DNA of 64,000 bases, taken from NCBI GenBank assembly GCA_002269645.1, contig NIVC01002286.1, forward strand, positions 62,001 to 126,000. Reading direction: 5' to 3'. The DNA is from Macrostomum lignano (lineage: Eukaryota). Shown one piece after another: positions 1 through 12,211 of the stretch. Position 1 is the first letter of the stretch; each line of letters begins with the position of its first letter. The translations under genes were made by a program, and so were the position numbers. The notes under the pieces are model-generated. The model ran no database searches, was not told where the DNA came from, and saw only the letters and a program-made list of their open reading frames with translations.

Positions 1-426
1 CCAACTAACAGGCATGCATATTCAAATAATTATTAATAATTCAAATTCCAGTGGTTAGGCAGGCAACAGTTACGACAAGAATTGAACATGTAATTTTGGC
101 TGCAGTGTCTGCACAGGTGACAGTGCGAACCGGCAGGGGTTTGCAATGCATAATATTTGCATATGAAATTAGTCCTGCGAAATTTCCCTCTATGGCTTGA
201 ACTGTATCGGGGGCCGCTGGCGGCTTGGATTCTCAGCGTTCGAAGTGTCATCTTTCCTTCGATGACCATCTCCCCTCCCAATCTCGTATCGAGTAACGGG
301 CAAAAGTTTTATAGAAATTCCTGGCATTGTGTAGAAATTCATTTTGACTCCAAGTTCACGCGTTGAGTGAACTGCAATTTGTACATGCTGATGTTGGAAT
401 AGAATTTCGTAGTTTGAAACAGCCTA

Positions 427-3066
427 AGTACTGAGTGCCATTACAAATTCCCGAGTGCCATGATAAACTACTGAGTGCCATTACAAACTCCCGAGTGCCA
501 TGATAAACTACTGAGTGCCATTACAAACTCCCGAGTGCCATGATAAACTACTGAGTGCCATGATAAACTACTGAGTGCCATTATAAACTACTGAGTGCCA
601 TTACAAACTACTGAGTGCCATTACAAACTACTGAGTGCCATGATAAACTACTGAGTGCCATTACAAACTACTGAGTGCCATTATAAACTACTGAGTGCCA
701 TTAAAAACTCACGAGTGCCATGATAAACTACTGAGTGCCATGATAAACTACTGAGTGCCATTTTAAACTTCTGAGTGCCATTATAAACTACTGAGTGCCA
801 TTTTAAACTACTGAGTGCCATTTTAAACTACTGAGTGCCATTTTAAACTACTGAGTGTCATTTTAAACTACTGAGTGTCATTTTAAACTACTGAGTGCCA
901 TTTTAAACTACTGAGTGTCATTTTAAACTACTGAGTGCCACTTTAAACTACTGAGTGTCATTTTAACCTACTGAGTGCCATTTTAACCTACTGAGTGCCA
1001 TTTTAACCTACTGAGTGCCATTTTAACCTACTGAGTGCCATTTTAAACTTCTGAGTGCCATTATAAACTACTGAGTGCCATTTTAACCTACTGAGTGCCA
1101 GTTTACCCACTGAGTGCCAGTTTAAACTACTGAGTGTCATTTTAAACTACTGAGTGCCATTTTAAAATACTGAGTGCCATTTTAACCTACTGAGTGCCAG
1201 TTTACCCACTGAGTGCCAGTTTAAACTACTGAGTGTCATTTTAAACTACTGAGTGCCATTTTAACCTACTGAGTGCCAGTTTACTCACTGAGTGCCAGTT
1301 TAAACTACTGAGTGTCATTTTAAACTACTGAGTGCCATTTTAAAATACTGAGTGCCATTTTAACCTACTGAGTGCCAGTTTACCCACTGAGTGCCAGTTT
1401 AAACTACTGAGTGTCATTTTAAACTACTGAGTGCCATTTTAAACTACTGAGTGCCATTTTAAAATACTGAGTGCCATTTTAACCTACTGAGTGCCAGTTT
1501 ACCCACTAAGTGCCAGTTTAAACTACTGAGTGTCATTTTAAACTACTGAGTGCCATTTTAACCTACTGAGTGCCAGTTTACCCACTGAGTGCCAGTTTAA
1601 ACTACTGAGTGTCATTTTAAACTACTGAGTGCCATTTTAAACTACTGAGTGTCATTTTAAACTACTGAGTGCCATTTTAAAATACTGAGTGCCATTTTAA
1701 CCTACTGAGTGCCAGTTTACCCACTGAGTGCCAGTTTAAACCTACTGAGTGCCATTTTAACCTACTGAGTGCCAGTTTACCCACTGAGTGCCATTTTAAA
1801 CTACTGAGTGTCATTTTAAACTACTGAGTGTCATTTTAAACTACTGAGTGCCATTTTAAACTACTGAGTGTCATTTTAAACTACTGAGTGCCACTTTAAA
1901 CTACTGAGTGTCATTTTAACCTACTGAGTGCCATTTTAACCTACTGAGTGCCATTTTAACCTACTGAGTGCCATTTTAACCTACTGAGTGCCATTTTAAC
2001 CTACTGAGTGCCATTTTAAACTTCTGAGTGCCATTATAAACTACTGAGTGCCATTTTAACCTACTGAGTGCCAGTTTACCCACTGAGTGCCAGTTTAAAC
2101 TACTGAGTGTCATTTTAAACTACTGAGTGCCATTTTAAAATACTGAGTGCCATTTTAACCTACTGAGTGCCAGTTTACCCACTGAGTGCCAGTTTAAACT
2201 ACTGAGTGTCATTTTAAACTACTGAGTGCCATTTTAAACTACTGAGTGCCATTTTAAAATACTGAGTGCCATTTTAACCTACTGAGTGCCAGTTTACCCA
2301 CTGAGTGCCAGTTTAAACTACTGAGTGTCATTTTAAACTACTGAGTGCCATTTTAACCTACTGAGTGCCAGTTTACCCACTGAGTGCCAGTTTAAACTAC
2401 TGAGTGTCATTTTAAACTACTGAGTGCCATTTTAAACTACTGAGTGTCATTTTAAACTACTGAGTGCCATTTTAAAATACTGAGTGCCATTTTAACCTAC
2501 TGAGTGCCAGTTTACCCACTGAGTGCCAGTTTAAACCTACTGAGTGCCATTTTAACCTACTGAGTGCCATTTTAAACTTCTGAGTGCCATTATAAACTAC
2601 TGAGTGCCATTTTAACCTACTGAGTGCCAGTTTACCCACTGAGTGCCAGTTTAAACTACTGAGTGTCATTTTAAACTACTGAGTGCCATTTTAACCTACT
2701 GAGTGCCAGTTTACCCACTGAGTGCCAGTTTAAACTACTGAGTGTCATTTTAAACTACTGAGTGCCATTTTAAACTACTGAGTGTCATTTTAAACTACTG
2801 AGTGCCATTTTAAAATACTGAGTGCCATTTTAACCTACTGAGTGCCAGTTTACCCACTGAGTGCCAGTTTAAACCTACTGAGTGCCATTTTAACCTACTG
2901 AGTGCCAGTTTACCCACTGAGTGCCAGTTTAAACTACTGAGTGTCATTTTAAACTACTGAGTGCCATTTTAAACTAGTGAGTGCCATTTTAAAATACTGA
3001 GTGCCATTTTAACCTACTGAGTGCCAGTTTACCCACTGAGTGCCATTTTAAACTACTGAGCACCAT
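427..3066. repeat. ~2.6-kb minisatellite, 20-bp unit CTACTGAGTGCCATTTTAAA with 19/20-bp variants
   Basis: Continuous tandem copies of (c)tactgagtgccattttaaa. Variant units (ctgagtgccagtttacccac, gtgtcatttt, ttttaaccta) recur in ordered blocks. Confidence 0.97.
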
Positions 3067-3574
3067 TTTGAAAAAAATATTTTACTTTAAAAAATCACAA
3101 ATTTTGAAAATCTTTTGAAGGCCTTGAACGCCTTGAAAGCCTATAATCTATTTGGTGCATACCAATAGAAACTTCAGAACCCAAATTTGCTGGACAGCCG
3201 AAGTTGTTAATAAAAACCCCGCCCGCGCCACCCCCATGGCCTGTGCGATGAGTCAGGGCCCAGGGCCTGCTGCAAGAGCCGAGGAGACAGCAGGTTGAGA
3301 GAGACTTTGTAAGCATTCGGCTCCATCGGATTTCACATCCGTTGTTTATCCCAGAGACTTCAGCTTCTCTGCGATAAGCGTGTGGGGTGCCAGTGTTGCA
3401 GCAGAGATATTGCTTGGAAACTTTGCTTGGCCAGTGACTAGCACAGAGATTTCTTATCTTCCATCGCTGATGGGGCCTTATAGTTTATACGGCGGCCAGG
3501 GCAGGTGAACACTTTTGGATGGGTGAAGATTGAATTGGCCACGTGCCTTCGGCCCGGGGTCGCTGCCCTCTATC

Positions 3575-4030
3575 GGTCTTTCTTTCTTTCTCTATCTCTC
3601 TCCACGGCTCCCTCTCTCCTCTCCTTCTATCTCTCCCTCTCTCTCTGCTTATCTCCCTCCTCTTACCCCTCTCTCTCCCTCCCCTTACCCCTCTCTCTCC
3701 CTCCCCTTACCCCTCTCTCTCCCTCCCCTTACCCCTCTCTCCCTCTCCCATCCCCCTCTCTCCCTCTCCAATTCCCCTCTCTCCCTCTCCAATTTCCCTC
3801 TCTCCCTCTCCCATCCCCCTAGCCCTCTCCAATTCCCCTCTCTCCCTCTCCAATTTCCCTCTCTCCCTCTCCAATTCCCCTCTCTCCCTCTCCAATTCCC
3901 CTCTCTCCCTCTCCAATCCCCCCTCTCCCCCCATTCCCCTCTCTCCCTCTCCAATTCCCCTCTCTCCCTCTCCAATTTCCCTCTCTCCCTCTCCAATTCC
4001 CCTCTCTCCCTCTCCAATTCCCCTCTCTCA
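3575..4030. repeat. CT-rich simple/low-complexity repeat (ctctccctctccaattcccct)
   Basis: Polypyrimidine tandem units of about 21 bp, visible directly. Source of the overlapping SL/LP/GE-repeat ORFs. Confidence 0.93.
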
Positions 4031-4477
4031 ATTGAATTGGCCACTAAGTATGCAGAGAATTGCATAAAATCTGTGCGTCCAACCATATTGGCTTGGCTCA
4101 TTAAAATGCCTTTATGCTACTCCGTACGAGCACTGCAGTTCGTCGGACTTCCGTTGTGTAATTTGACTGATTTGACTCCGGCCGAATTCGAAAGCTTGAC
4201 TTTTAAATTCTGGCTCTTTGTACCAAGGCCTTGGCAACAGCCAGAGCAAGTCAAAGAAAGGCTTCACGCCTGGACACCAAGCTCGCATAGATCGGGTCAG
4301 CGTGTGCGCGTGTGAACGCGGTTCCGGGTAGGAAACCTGACCCTGCTGTCAAACATGAATGGCTAAAGTTACGAGTCTTGTATTGAATGAGAGTGAGTCA
4401 ATTTATTTATAAACAAAATATTCTGTTGACAGTTTATATGTGACAGTCTACAGCATCTCAGGTTTGATAATCTGCCG

Positions 4478-4745
4478 ATCTGCAGATGTTCCAATCTACC
4501 AATGTTCAAATCTACCGATGTTTCAATCTACCAATGTTCCAATCTACCAATGTTCCAATCTTTCAATGTTCCAATCTACCGATGTTTCAATCTACCAATG
4601 TTCTAATTTACTGATGCTCCAATCTACCGATGTTCAAATCTACCAATGTTCCAATTTACTGATGTTTCAGTCTTACGTACCGATGTCCAATCTTCCAATG
4701 TTCCAATCTACCGATGTTCCAATCTACCGAGTTTTCAATATCTAC
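4478..4745. repeat. Degenerate 16-bp minisatellite (ccaatctaccgatgtt)
   Basis: Repeated caatctacc(a/g)atgtt units. Confidence 0.85.
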
Positions 4746-4860
4746 CGGTTTTACTAACTTTTTCAGTCTGCCAATCGGCCACACAATCAGTCTGTTATAA
4801 CAATCTGTGGTCAATAAATTTACCGCACTGTCAGTCTACGCTCGTACTAATCTGCCAATC

Positions 4861-5176
4861 GCGTCAATCTACACCATGACAATCTACCACTCGCGTCAAT
4901 CTACACCATGACAATCTACCACTCGCGTCAATCTACACCATGACAATCTACCACTCGCGTCAATCTACACCATGACAATCTACCACTCGCGTCAATCTAC
5001 ACCATGACAATCTACCACTCGCGTCAATCTACACCATGACAATCTACCACTCGCGTCAATCTACACCATGACAATCTACCACTCGCGTCAATCTAAACCA
5101 TGACAATCTACCACTCGCGTCAATCTACACCATGACAATCTACCACTCGCGTCAATCTACACCATGACAATCTACC
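4861..5176. repeat. 32-bp minisatellite GCGTCAATCTACACCATGACAATCTACCACTC, about 10 copies
   Basis: Period 32 (gcgtc at 4861, 4893, ...), nearly identical copies. Confidence 0.95.
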
Positions 5177-6074
5177 AGACGGGGGCAGTCAACATCATTC
5201 AACACTGGTTGAGCTTTATAATAAACGAATCTGCTCAGCATGTACATGTACTTTTATCAATCAAGATGTGTACGACAGTCACCAACCAAATAACTTACAT
5301 GCATTAATTCCAACGTGAAGCCGAGTACGGACTTACACAGAAACGATGCCATTGACTCAAAAATCCCTCGAAATCGGACAGACAGGAGCGCGAATTCTTT
5401 AAACCGGCAGAGCGACGCGGTAGTGAGATTCAGAACAGTGCAAGTCGGCCTACTTATAACAATACGTAGCTATTGGCACCTGAATCGACCGGATGATGGA
5501 GCTGACATTCCAATGCGCTAGCTTCCTGTCACCGCGCGGCCGCTGCCACCATAAGCAACGCTGCTTGATATGGTAGCATGCGCACTCGATCCAGCTTCCT
5601 GTTGTATTTGGCTATTGCCGTCATCATTTTGTGTACGGGAAAGTTAAATTCGTTTTGGATTATTGACTTCACATGCAGATTCCTTCCGTTTCGAATAGTA
5701 TGTACGCTGGCCGTACATGCTCATGTATGTGTGTACAGTACATTGTGCTAGTGATGGTTCTACAATTCGATGCCATTGTATACACAAGTGAGAATATATA
5801 TATATATGCATTGATTGATTGTTACTGCATGTATATAACGAATGACTGTTACATGTAACGAGCATGATGTGCTGTACGTTTTCACGAGCTCGTCATGTTT
5901 TGAGTAATCTTATTAACAATACAAGCTGAATACACGCAACATGTAAATATGTGCACATATTATGCATCTTTTTGTGCCTGTGCTACAGGTGTGTGGAGTT
6001 TATGCAACAGCAACAGCTGAGAGAGCCTGGCTGTGCTGAGGTTGACTCTGATCTACGAGTATAGCTTGAGCGTA

Positions 6075-6145
6075 GGGCCGGGGTCGTAGCCCAGCGGTCT
6101 AGCGCAGGCTCTGGTGTGCCAGCGACCCAGGCTCGATTCCAAGTG
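6075..6145 (+). mobile_element. tRNA-derived SINE head / Pol III type-2 promoter (possible SINE extending to about 6330)
   Basis: A-box match TAGCCCAGCGG (6087-6097) and B-box-like GGCTCGATTCC (6130-6140) at tRNA-like spacing. No proper cloverleaf or acceptor stem is evident. Confidence 0.45.
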
Positions 6146-7465
6146 CAGTTACATTAATTTGGGGCTGAATTGGAATCTCGGCTTGGCTCTCTGCTCGTGC
6201 AATTAACAGCCTTAAGAGCCAACACCCCAAGGCGCAGTGAAGTGTACATGCCTAACGATAATATAAAGTTAGGGCCGCTGTGCACTCCTGTGTGAGTCTC
6301 TCAGTCTTGGATTTAAACAATTAATAATAAAATGTCGCCAATCTATTTTTTGTGAGTAAGTTTCTAATTCAATTAGCTCGTCGCACTTTTGCAGGTTCTG
6401 GTAAATTAATTTACGAAAATTACGAGTTTATCATTAATTTTTTAAATAATAAACTTTGTATGCCTACGAAAAAGATTAAGGTTATTTGAAAAAAAATATT
6501 CTTTTGAATTTGTGAAGCTGATTTGTGGTTATGTATTTATAATCACATTATTTACAAAGTCGCATCAATCGATGTTCGCTAAATTGGCGAATTCGTGCAT
6601 GCGCTTCAGTGTCTAACAAAAAGTACGTTTTTAGCCGATCTGTTTTAATTATACATAAAATTATATTTTGAAACTAGAAATATAAATATATGAACTAGCA
6701 GCTGATCATTATTTGCACATTTGGCATTTATTTGTTATACTTTTGTCAATGAAAGTAAGTCAAAACAAATGAATTAACGATTTTAATTATATAGCTAAAT
6801 TCAATGGAATTTTTATTTATGATGAAATATTTCTAACTTAGCTACCACCGACACAGGTGGGTAGCTCTACTTCGTGTTCAAGCTTGTTATTAATGCAATT
6901 CGATGCTAAATACTTTACAAGTAATTCCTAAATTGCTATAAAAGGTGGCACTAATAAATCTATATTAGTGCTTTAGAAGAGACGCGTGCAAACTTTTAGC
7001 TAAATAAAATTAAACAAAAAACTATACTACTAATTAATTTCGATAGAAAATAATTGAACCAGGTGAGAAAAAGCACGTTTCTAAGAATGTTAAGGTTGAA
7101 AACATAGAAAAAAATTCAGTAAAGTATCAAAAAGATGGATGCTTATGTCTACTCCTCATCAATGAGAGCTTTGCTCTGTTGCTGGCCTCAATGCAGAATG
7201 GAGTCGAGGGTTTGTAGGATTTTATATTTTTCAGGTAATGGGTTACTTAGCTGATGTCCTGATGGTATTTTTGATTGAGAGTTTTCTGTCTGCCGAAGGT
7301 ATCCGATTATTCCCAAAAGGGGGTATTTATCAATATTTGTTCAGGAAAAAAACTTAGGGTAAGAAGGTGAGGCAGCAGGAAAAATCTCTGAAGTAGTGTG
7401 AGACAAACAAAATTCGGATTTTTCCGTCCGAGATGGTCAATCTGTCCGGCACAACGGCTGCTAGT

Positions 7466-8953
7466 CTAGCGCGAGCCGGCCACGGTCAGCAGGCCGCCGA
7501 GGCACATCAGCGACATCAGTTGCAGAGTCCAGCTGGCCGGGACGGCGGTTGGCCTGGCCGAGTTGCACTCCGGTTCCCGGCAGTGGCAGTATCTCACTTT
7601 AATCTTCTTGGTGCCGACGCGCTCGATGCAGCCCTGGATGTCGTCGTTCACCAGGTTGGTGCACTGGCGACTCACGTAGACCTTGTCGCCAACTGTGAAG
7701 CAAGGATTGGGGAGTGGAAGCTGTAAATGCAGGCTAATATTAGTTGCCAGGTGAATCGATAGAGTCTATGGTGGGTCTATGATGAATTCCTAATGAGTCC
7801 GTGATAAGTCGATGGTGAGTCGATAGTGAGTTGATGGTGAGTCGATAGTGAGTCGATGGTGAGTCAATAGTAAGTCGATGGTGAGTCGATAGTGAGTTGA
7901 TGGTGAGTCAATAGTGAGTTGATGGTGAGTCGATAGTGAGTTGATGGTGAGTCAATAGTGAGTTGATGGTGAGTCGATAGTGAGTTGATGGTGAGTCGAT
8001 AGTGAGTTGATGGTGAGTCAATGGTGAGTTGATGGTGAGTCAATAGGGAGTCCATGAAGAATCGAGGTGTTATCTCTGAGACCCGAGTCACCGATGCGCA
8101 CTCACCGGTCTGCACCATCTTGCGGCAGCCAATCGGCTTGGTGGGGTCAATGCGCGAGTCATTCACGCAGTCAACGCTGTGGCTGAACCGGTCCCAGGTG
8201 GCGCAGTGGTCCTGCCTGGTGTCGTCGCACACAATGCACCGGAAGCTCTTCTTCGGCGTTGTAGTCGGCGCTGGGGTCTCGTCAACGCGGACCTCGGCTT
8301 GGCCGCTGACCAAAGCTGCAGGGGGTGGTTGGAGAGAAATTTTTGTAAGGTGGAAACGCATGTGCTGCCATTGTTATACGATATCGTACCTCCTCTTTTC
8401 TATCTCATCTCACCCTCTCCCTCAGTTTTTTCTTTCTCATCTCATCCTCTCCCTCATCAGTCTTTTCTATCTCATCTCACCCTCTCCCTCATCAGTCTTT
8501 TCTATCTCATCTCACCCTCTCCCTCATCAGTCTTTTCTATCTCATCTCACCCTCTCCCTCACCAGTCTTTTCTATCTCATCTCACCCTCTCCCTCGCCAG
8601 TCTTTTCTATCTCATCTCACCCTCTCCCTCACCAGTCTTTTCTATCTCATCTCACCCTCTCCCTCGCCAGTCTATTCTCTCTCATCTCACCCTCTCCTTC
8701 AGTACTTTGCCTCTGCTCTCATCCTCTCTCTTCTTTCTTTCTCTTCTCAAATTCTCGCTCTTCTCCCGGTCTCTCAAAGCCTTTTCTCCCAAGTCTGCTC
8801 AGAGTCTCAAAGCTACGTAGTGGCAATTGAAATTGCGAATGGCTTGAGATGTGCAGCAGGCTAAATGACAATTCAAATAAGAGCCATAACAATCTCACCG
8901 CAGAGCCAGGCGGAGCAGAAGAGGGCCAGCAGGCAAGCGTATCCGGGCTGCAT
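7466..8953 (-). CDS. Ly6/uPAR three-finger protein, quiver/sleepless-like, secreted and probably GPI-anchored (163 aa)
   Basis: Exons 8953-8899, 8315-8106 and 7692-7466 with GT-AG junctions (phases 1,1), 492 nt in total. Protein: signal peptide MQPGYACLLALFCSAWLCALVSG, then FRCIVCDD..HC..VDC..GCRKMVQTVGDKVYVSRQC..GCIERVGTKKIKVRYCHCREPECNSA, then a hydrophobic C-terminal tail. Confidence 0.88.
7808..8046. repeat. Intronic 12/24-bp minisatellite (gagtcgatagtgagttgatggt)
   Basis: Tandem gagt(c/t)(g/a)at(a/g)gt units in intron 2 of the Ly6 gene. Confidence 0.9.
8393..8700. repeat. Intronic 35-bp CT-rich minisatellite (tcttttctatctcatctcaccctctccctcatcag)
   Basis: About 8 tandem copies in intron 1 of the Ly6 gene. 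Confidence 0.92.
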
Positions 8954-10042
8954 TCTTTAATTACTGCTAACTGTGAAATTCTGATCAAATCTGCTCAGTG
9001 GCAAAAGGCAAAGCAGAATTCTTCAGCTGCTTTCAGTGCTAAGAATTGGCAGTGGGGCCGATCCTGTTCTAGGCAAGAAATTTATTCTGCAATGCTTTGC
9101 GAAAGGATTCTGGACTAGGGCGGCTGAGGAGAGGGAAGACATCCCTCTAATGTACATCCCTACCCTCTCCCCTTCTTCCTTCTCCCCTTCTCTCTCTCTA
9201 GTTTTCTTCCCAGTTCACACCCCAAGCTGGGGAAGAGGGATCCCTCACAGCCATCCAGAATTTTCCTCCTATCAACTCCCCCCCCCCACACACAACCAAT
9301 TCGTCCCAGGTCAGCCGTTGTCATGCAGGAAGGATTTCAAGGGTAAGGATTGAAGTGTACACCTTACTGGATTGAAAAATCAATAAAACACAAGGCGCCT
9401 CCACCTCTCCCGCGCTCAGCTGTACAGTGTGTCTTCTCCGCCTCTTACCGTTGAACAAAAAAGTCTTCTTTACTGTTTCTAATCGGAGACTGAATAAAGT
9501 CAGTGCAAGATGCTCAATGGTGCAGAGTTGACCATATTTTTTATAAGCTATACTCATCGATTCGATTTTATATTACTGAATTATGGGCTCAGGCTGAACT
9601 TAGAAGATCGATAACCTTTCATTTCAAAACGCTTTTTAGGACACATACCTAAAATAATTACCTGTAGGCTCCATAATCGTTTGAGAATAATATATACGAC
9701 TCATAGTAAGAAATCAGTCAGTCTATTGCAATATACATAGTCATTTTTTTGTTTTCTTTTCAGATGCGCTACGAAAGAAGTTGAGCCAATTTTTTTAATA
9801 CAACCATATTGTAGTTTAAGACACGAATCCTGCCTCTCCCGTGTTCAGTACAAACCCAAAAAGACATTTGCCATCATGGAAGTTTCGTGTATTCCGGACA
9901 GGAACCAATTCTTAATGATAAAAGTTGCAATCTTGCCTATTTTTAGCGCCAGTCAAACAAGTCTGCAAGTAAAATGTTATGCTTTCTACTGTCAGTAGCT
10001 GCAGAGAATGTGGCTATAAACTGGGCTATTAAGTTGCAACAG

Positions 10043-10057
10043 AGAAAATTCTAGAAT
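10043..10057. promoter_or_regulatory. Heat-shock element (3 inverted nGAAn pentamers)
   Basis: aGAAa aTTCt aGAAt, a perfect HSF-binding array upstream of hsp70. Confidence 0.85.
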
Positions 10058-10118
10058 CGGTGCTCCAAAAATAGCACAGCGAAGCAGTGGGCCAATGTGT
10101 GACGGTGGTGAATGGGGA

Positions 10119-10138
10119 ATTCTGGAACTTTCTCGAAG
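10119..10138. promoter_or_regulatory. Proximal heat-shock element (4 perfect pentamers)
   Basis: aTTCt gGAAc tTTCt cGAAg, 14 bp upstream of the TATA box. Confidence 0.92.
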
Positions 10139-10151
10139 CTGAGCTGCAGTC

Positions 10152-10158
10152 TATAAAA
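10152..10158 (+). promoter_or_regulatory. TATA box of hsp70
   Basis: TATAAAA immediately after the HSE and 137 bp before the ATG. A CCAAT lies at 10092-10096. Confidence 0.85.
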
Positions 10159-10294
10159 GCAGGCGTTCCTGCTGGCCCAGGAGCAAGCAGTTCGGATCGC
10201 AACCAAAGCAATCCAGAAGCATCCAAAGCAAGACAAGCCTTCCTCAGTGAAGAAGCCTCTTTCTCAGTCAAGCTCAGCTCAGTGAAGAAGCATC

Positions 10295-12211
10295 ATGGGC
10301 AAGAGAAGCAACGGACCTGCAATCGGCATCGACCTGGGCACCACGTACTCGTGCGTGGGCGTGTTCCAGGCAGGCAAAGTGGAGATCATCGCCAATGACC
10401 AGGGCAACCGAACCACGCCCAGCTACGTGGCCTTCACGGGCACGGAGAGGCTGGTGGGCGACGCGGCAAAGAACCAGGTGGCGATGAACCCGGAGAACAC
10501 GGTGTTCGACGCCAAGCGACTCATCGGGAGGAAGTTCAGCGACGAGACGGTGCAGCGGGACATGAAGCTGTGGCCGTTCAAGGTGGCGAACGACGGTGGG
10601 CGGCCGAAGATTGAGGTTCAGTACATGGGCGAGAGGCGGAGCTTCTACCCGGAGGAGATCTCGGCCATGGTGCTGACCAAGATGAAGGAGACGGCGGAGG
10701 CGTACCTCGGCGAGAAGGTGACTGACGCGGTGATCACGGTGCCGGCCTACTTCAACGACAGCCAGCGGCAAGCGACGAAGGACGCTGGCGCGATCGCCGG
10801 GCTGAATGTGCTGCGGATTGTGAACGAGCCGACGGCGGCTGCCCTGGCCTACGGGCTGGACAAGAGCCTGGACGGCGAGAAGAACATTCTGATCTTCGAC
10901 CTGGGAGGCGGCACATTCGACGTGTCCATCCTGACGGTGTCGGAGGGCAGCATGTTCGAGGTGCGATCGACGGCCGGTGACACTCATTTGGGCGGCGAAG
11001 ACTTTGACAACCGGCTGGTAGAGCACCTGATCCAGGAGTTCAAGTGCAAGTACCGCAAGGACATGAGCGGCAACGCCCGAGCAGTGAGGCGGCTGCGCAC
11101 AGCGGCTGAGCGAGCGAAGCGAACTCTGAGCAGCTCAGCGCAGGCAAGCATCGAGATCGACTCGCTGTTCGAGGGCATCGACTTTTACACCAGCGTGACC
11201 AGGGCTCGGTTCGAGGAGCTGTGCGCTGACCTCTTCCGTCAGACGATGGAGCCGGTGGAGCGAGCGCTGAGGGACGCCAAGATGGACAAGAGCAGCGTCA
11301 GCGAGATTGTTCTGGTCGGCGGATCGACGAGGATCCCGAAGGTGCAGAAGCTGCTGCAGGAGTTCATGGGCGGCCGGACGCTGAACAAGTCGATCAACCC
11401 GGATGAGGCGGTCGCGTACGGAGCCGCGGTGCAGGCGGCGGTGCTGACCGGTGTGAAGGATGAGAAGATCGAAGACCTGCTGCTGCTTGACGTGGCTCCG
11501 CTGTCGCTGGGCATCGAGACTGCCGGCGGCGTGATGACCAAGATCGTGGAGAGGAACAGCCGCATCCCGACCAAGGCGACGCAGACGTTCACCACGTACT
11601 CGGACAACCAGAGCGGCGTCACGGTGCAGGTGTTTGAGGGCGAGCGGGCGCTGACCAGGGACAACCACCTGCTGGGCCGGTTCAACCTGGACGGCATCCC
11701 GCCAGCGCCGCGCGGAGTCCCGCAGATCGAGGTGACCTTCGACGTAGACGCCAACGGAATCCTGGTGGTGTCGGCGAAGGACAAGAGCACCAGCAAGGAG
11801 GAGAAGATCACAATCACGAACGACAAGGGTCGCCTGTCGAAGGACGAGATCGAGCGGATGGTGCGGGACGCGGAGAAGTTCCGCGAGGAGGACGAGCGGC
11901 ACCGCGAGCGCCTGGCGGCCCGCAACCAGCTGGAATCGCTCGCCTTCCAGTACAAGCAGGCGGCCAACGACTGCAAGGACCGGCTGGGCGAGAAGGAGGC
12001 CGGCAAGGTGACCGCCGCTTGTGACCGCGTCATCTCCTGGCTGGAGAACAACCAGACGGCCGACAAGGACGAGATCGCCGAACAGCAGCGGCAGCTGAGC
12101 AGCCTGTGCTCGCCTCTCATGGCCAAGCTGCATCAGCAGCAGCAGTCGCCTCCGCAGGGTCCGCAGCGAGCGGGACGAGCGGGCGGACCCACCGTCGAGG
12201 AGGTTGACTGA
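10295..12211 (+). CDS. hsp70: Cytosolic stress-inducible Hsp70 (638 aa, intronless)
   Basis: [57 protein letters not shown] and a C-terminal PTVEEVD. No introns; HSE plus TATA promoter; AATAAA at 12424-12429. Confidence 0.99.
   Translation: MGKRSNGPAIGIDLGTTYSCVGVFQAGKVEIIANDQGNRTTPSYVAFTGTERLVGDAAKNQVAMNPENTVFDAKRLIGRKFSDETVQRDMKLWPFKVANDGGRPKIEVQYMGERRSFYPEEISAMVLTKMKETAEAYLGEKVTDAVITVPAYFNDSQRQATKDAGAIAGLNVLRIVNEPTAAALAYGLDKSLDGEKNILIFDLGGGTFDVSILTVSEGSMFEVRSTAGDTHLGGEDFDNRLVEHLIQEFKCKYRKDMSGNARAVRRLRTAAERAKRTLSSSAQASIEIDSLFEGIDFYTSVTRARFEELCADLFRQTMEPVERALRDAKMDKSSVSEIVLVGGSTRIPKVQKLLQEFMGGRTLNKSINPDEAVAYGAAVQAAVLTGVKDEKIEDLLLLDVAPLSLGIETAGGVMTKIVERNSRIPTKATQTFTTYSDNQSGVTVQVFEGERALTRDNHLLGRFNLDGIPPAPRGVPQIEVTFDVDANGILVVSAKDKSTSKEEKITITNDKGRLSKDEIERMVRDAEKFREEDERHRERLAARNQLESLAFQYKQAANDCKDRLGEKEAGKVTAACDRVISWLENNQTADKDEIAEQQRQLSSLCSPLMAKLHQQQQSPPQGPQRAGRAGGPTVEEVD

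Noticed and set aside
33-281. Cys-rich 82-aa minus-strand ORF
   Set aside because: No recognisable domain spacing or signal peptide, and I could not support any splice context.
5578-6063. Possible signal-peptide exon (MRTRSSFLLYLAIAVIILC) and a downstream exon at about 5989
   Set aside because: Donor site and phase are ambiguous, and the resulting peptide is short with no family match.
10274-12133. Long antisense ORFs (250, 332 and 295 aa) overlapping hsp70
   Set aside because: These are the expected shadow frames of a GC3-rich coding sequence; they show no independent motifs.
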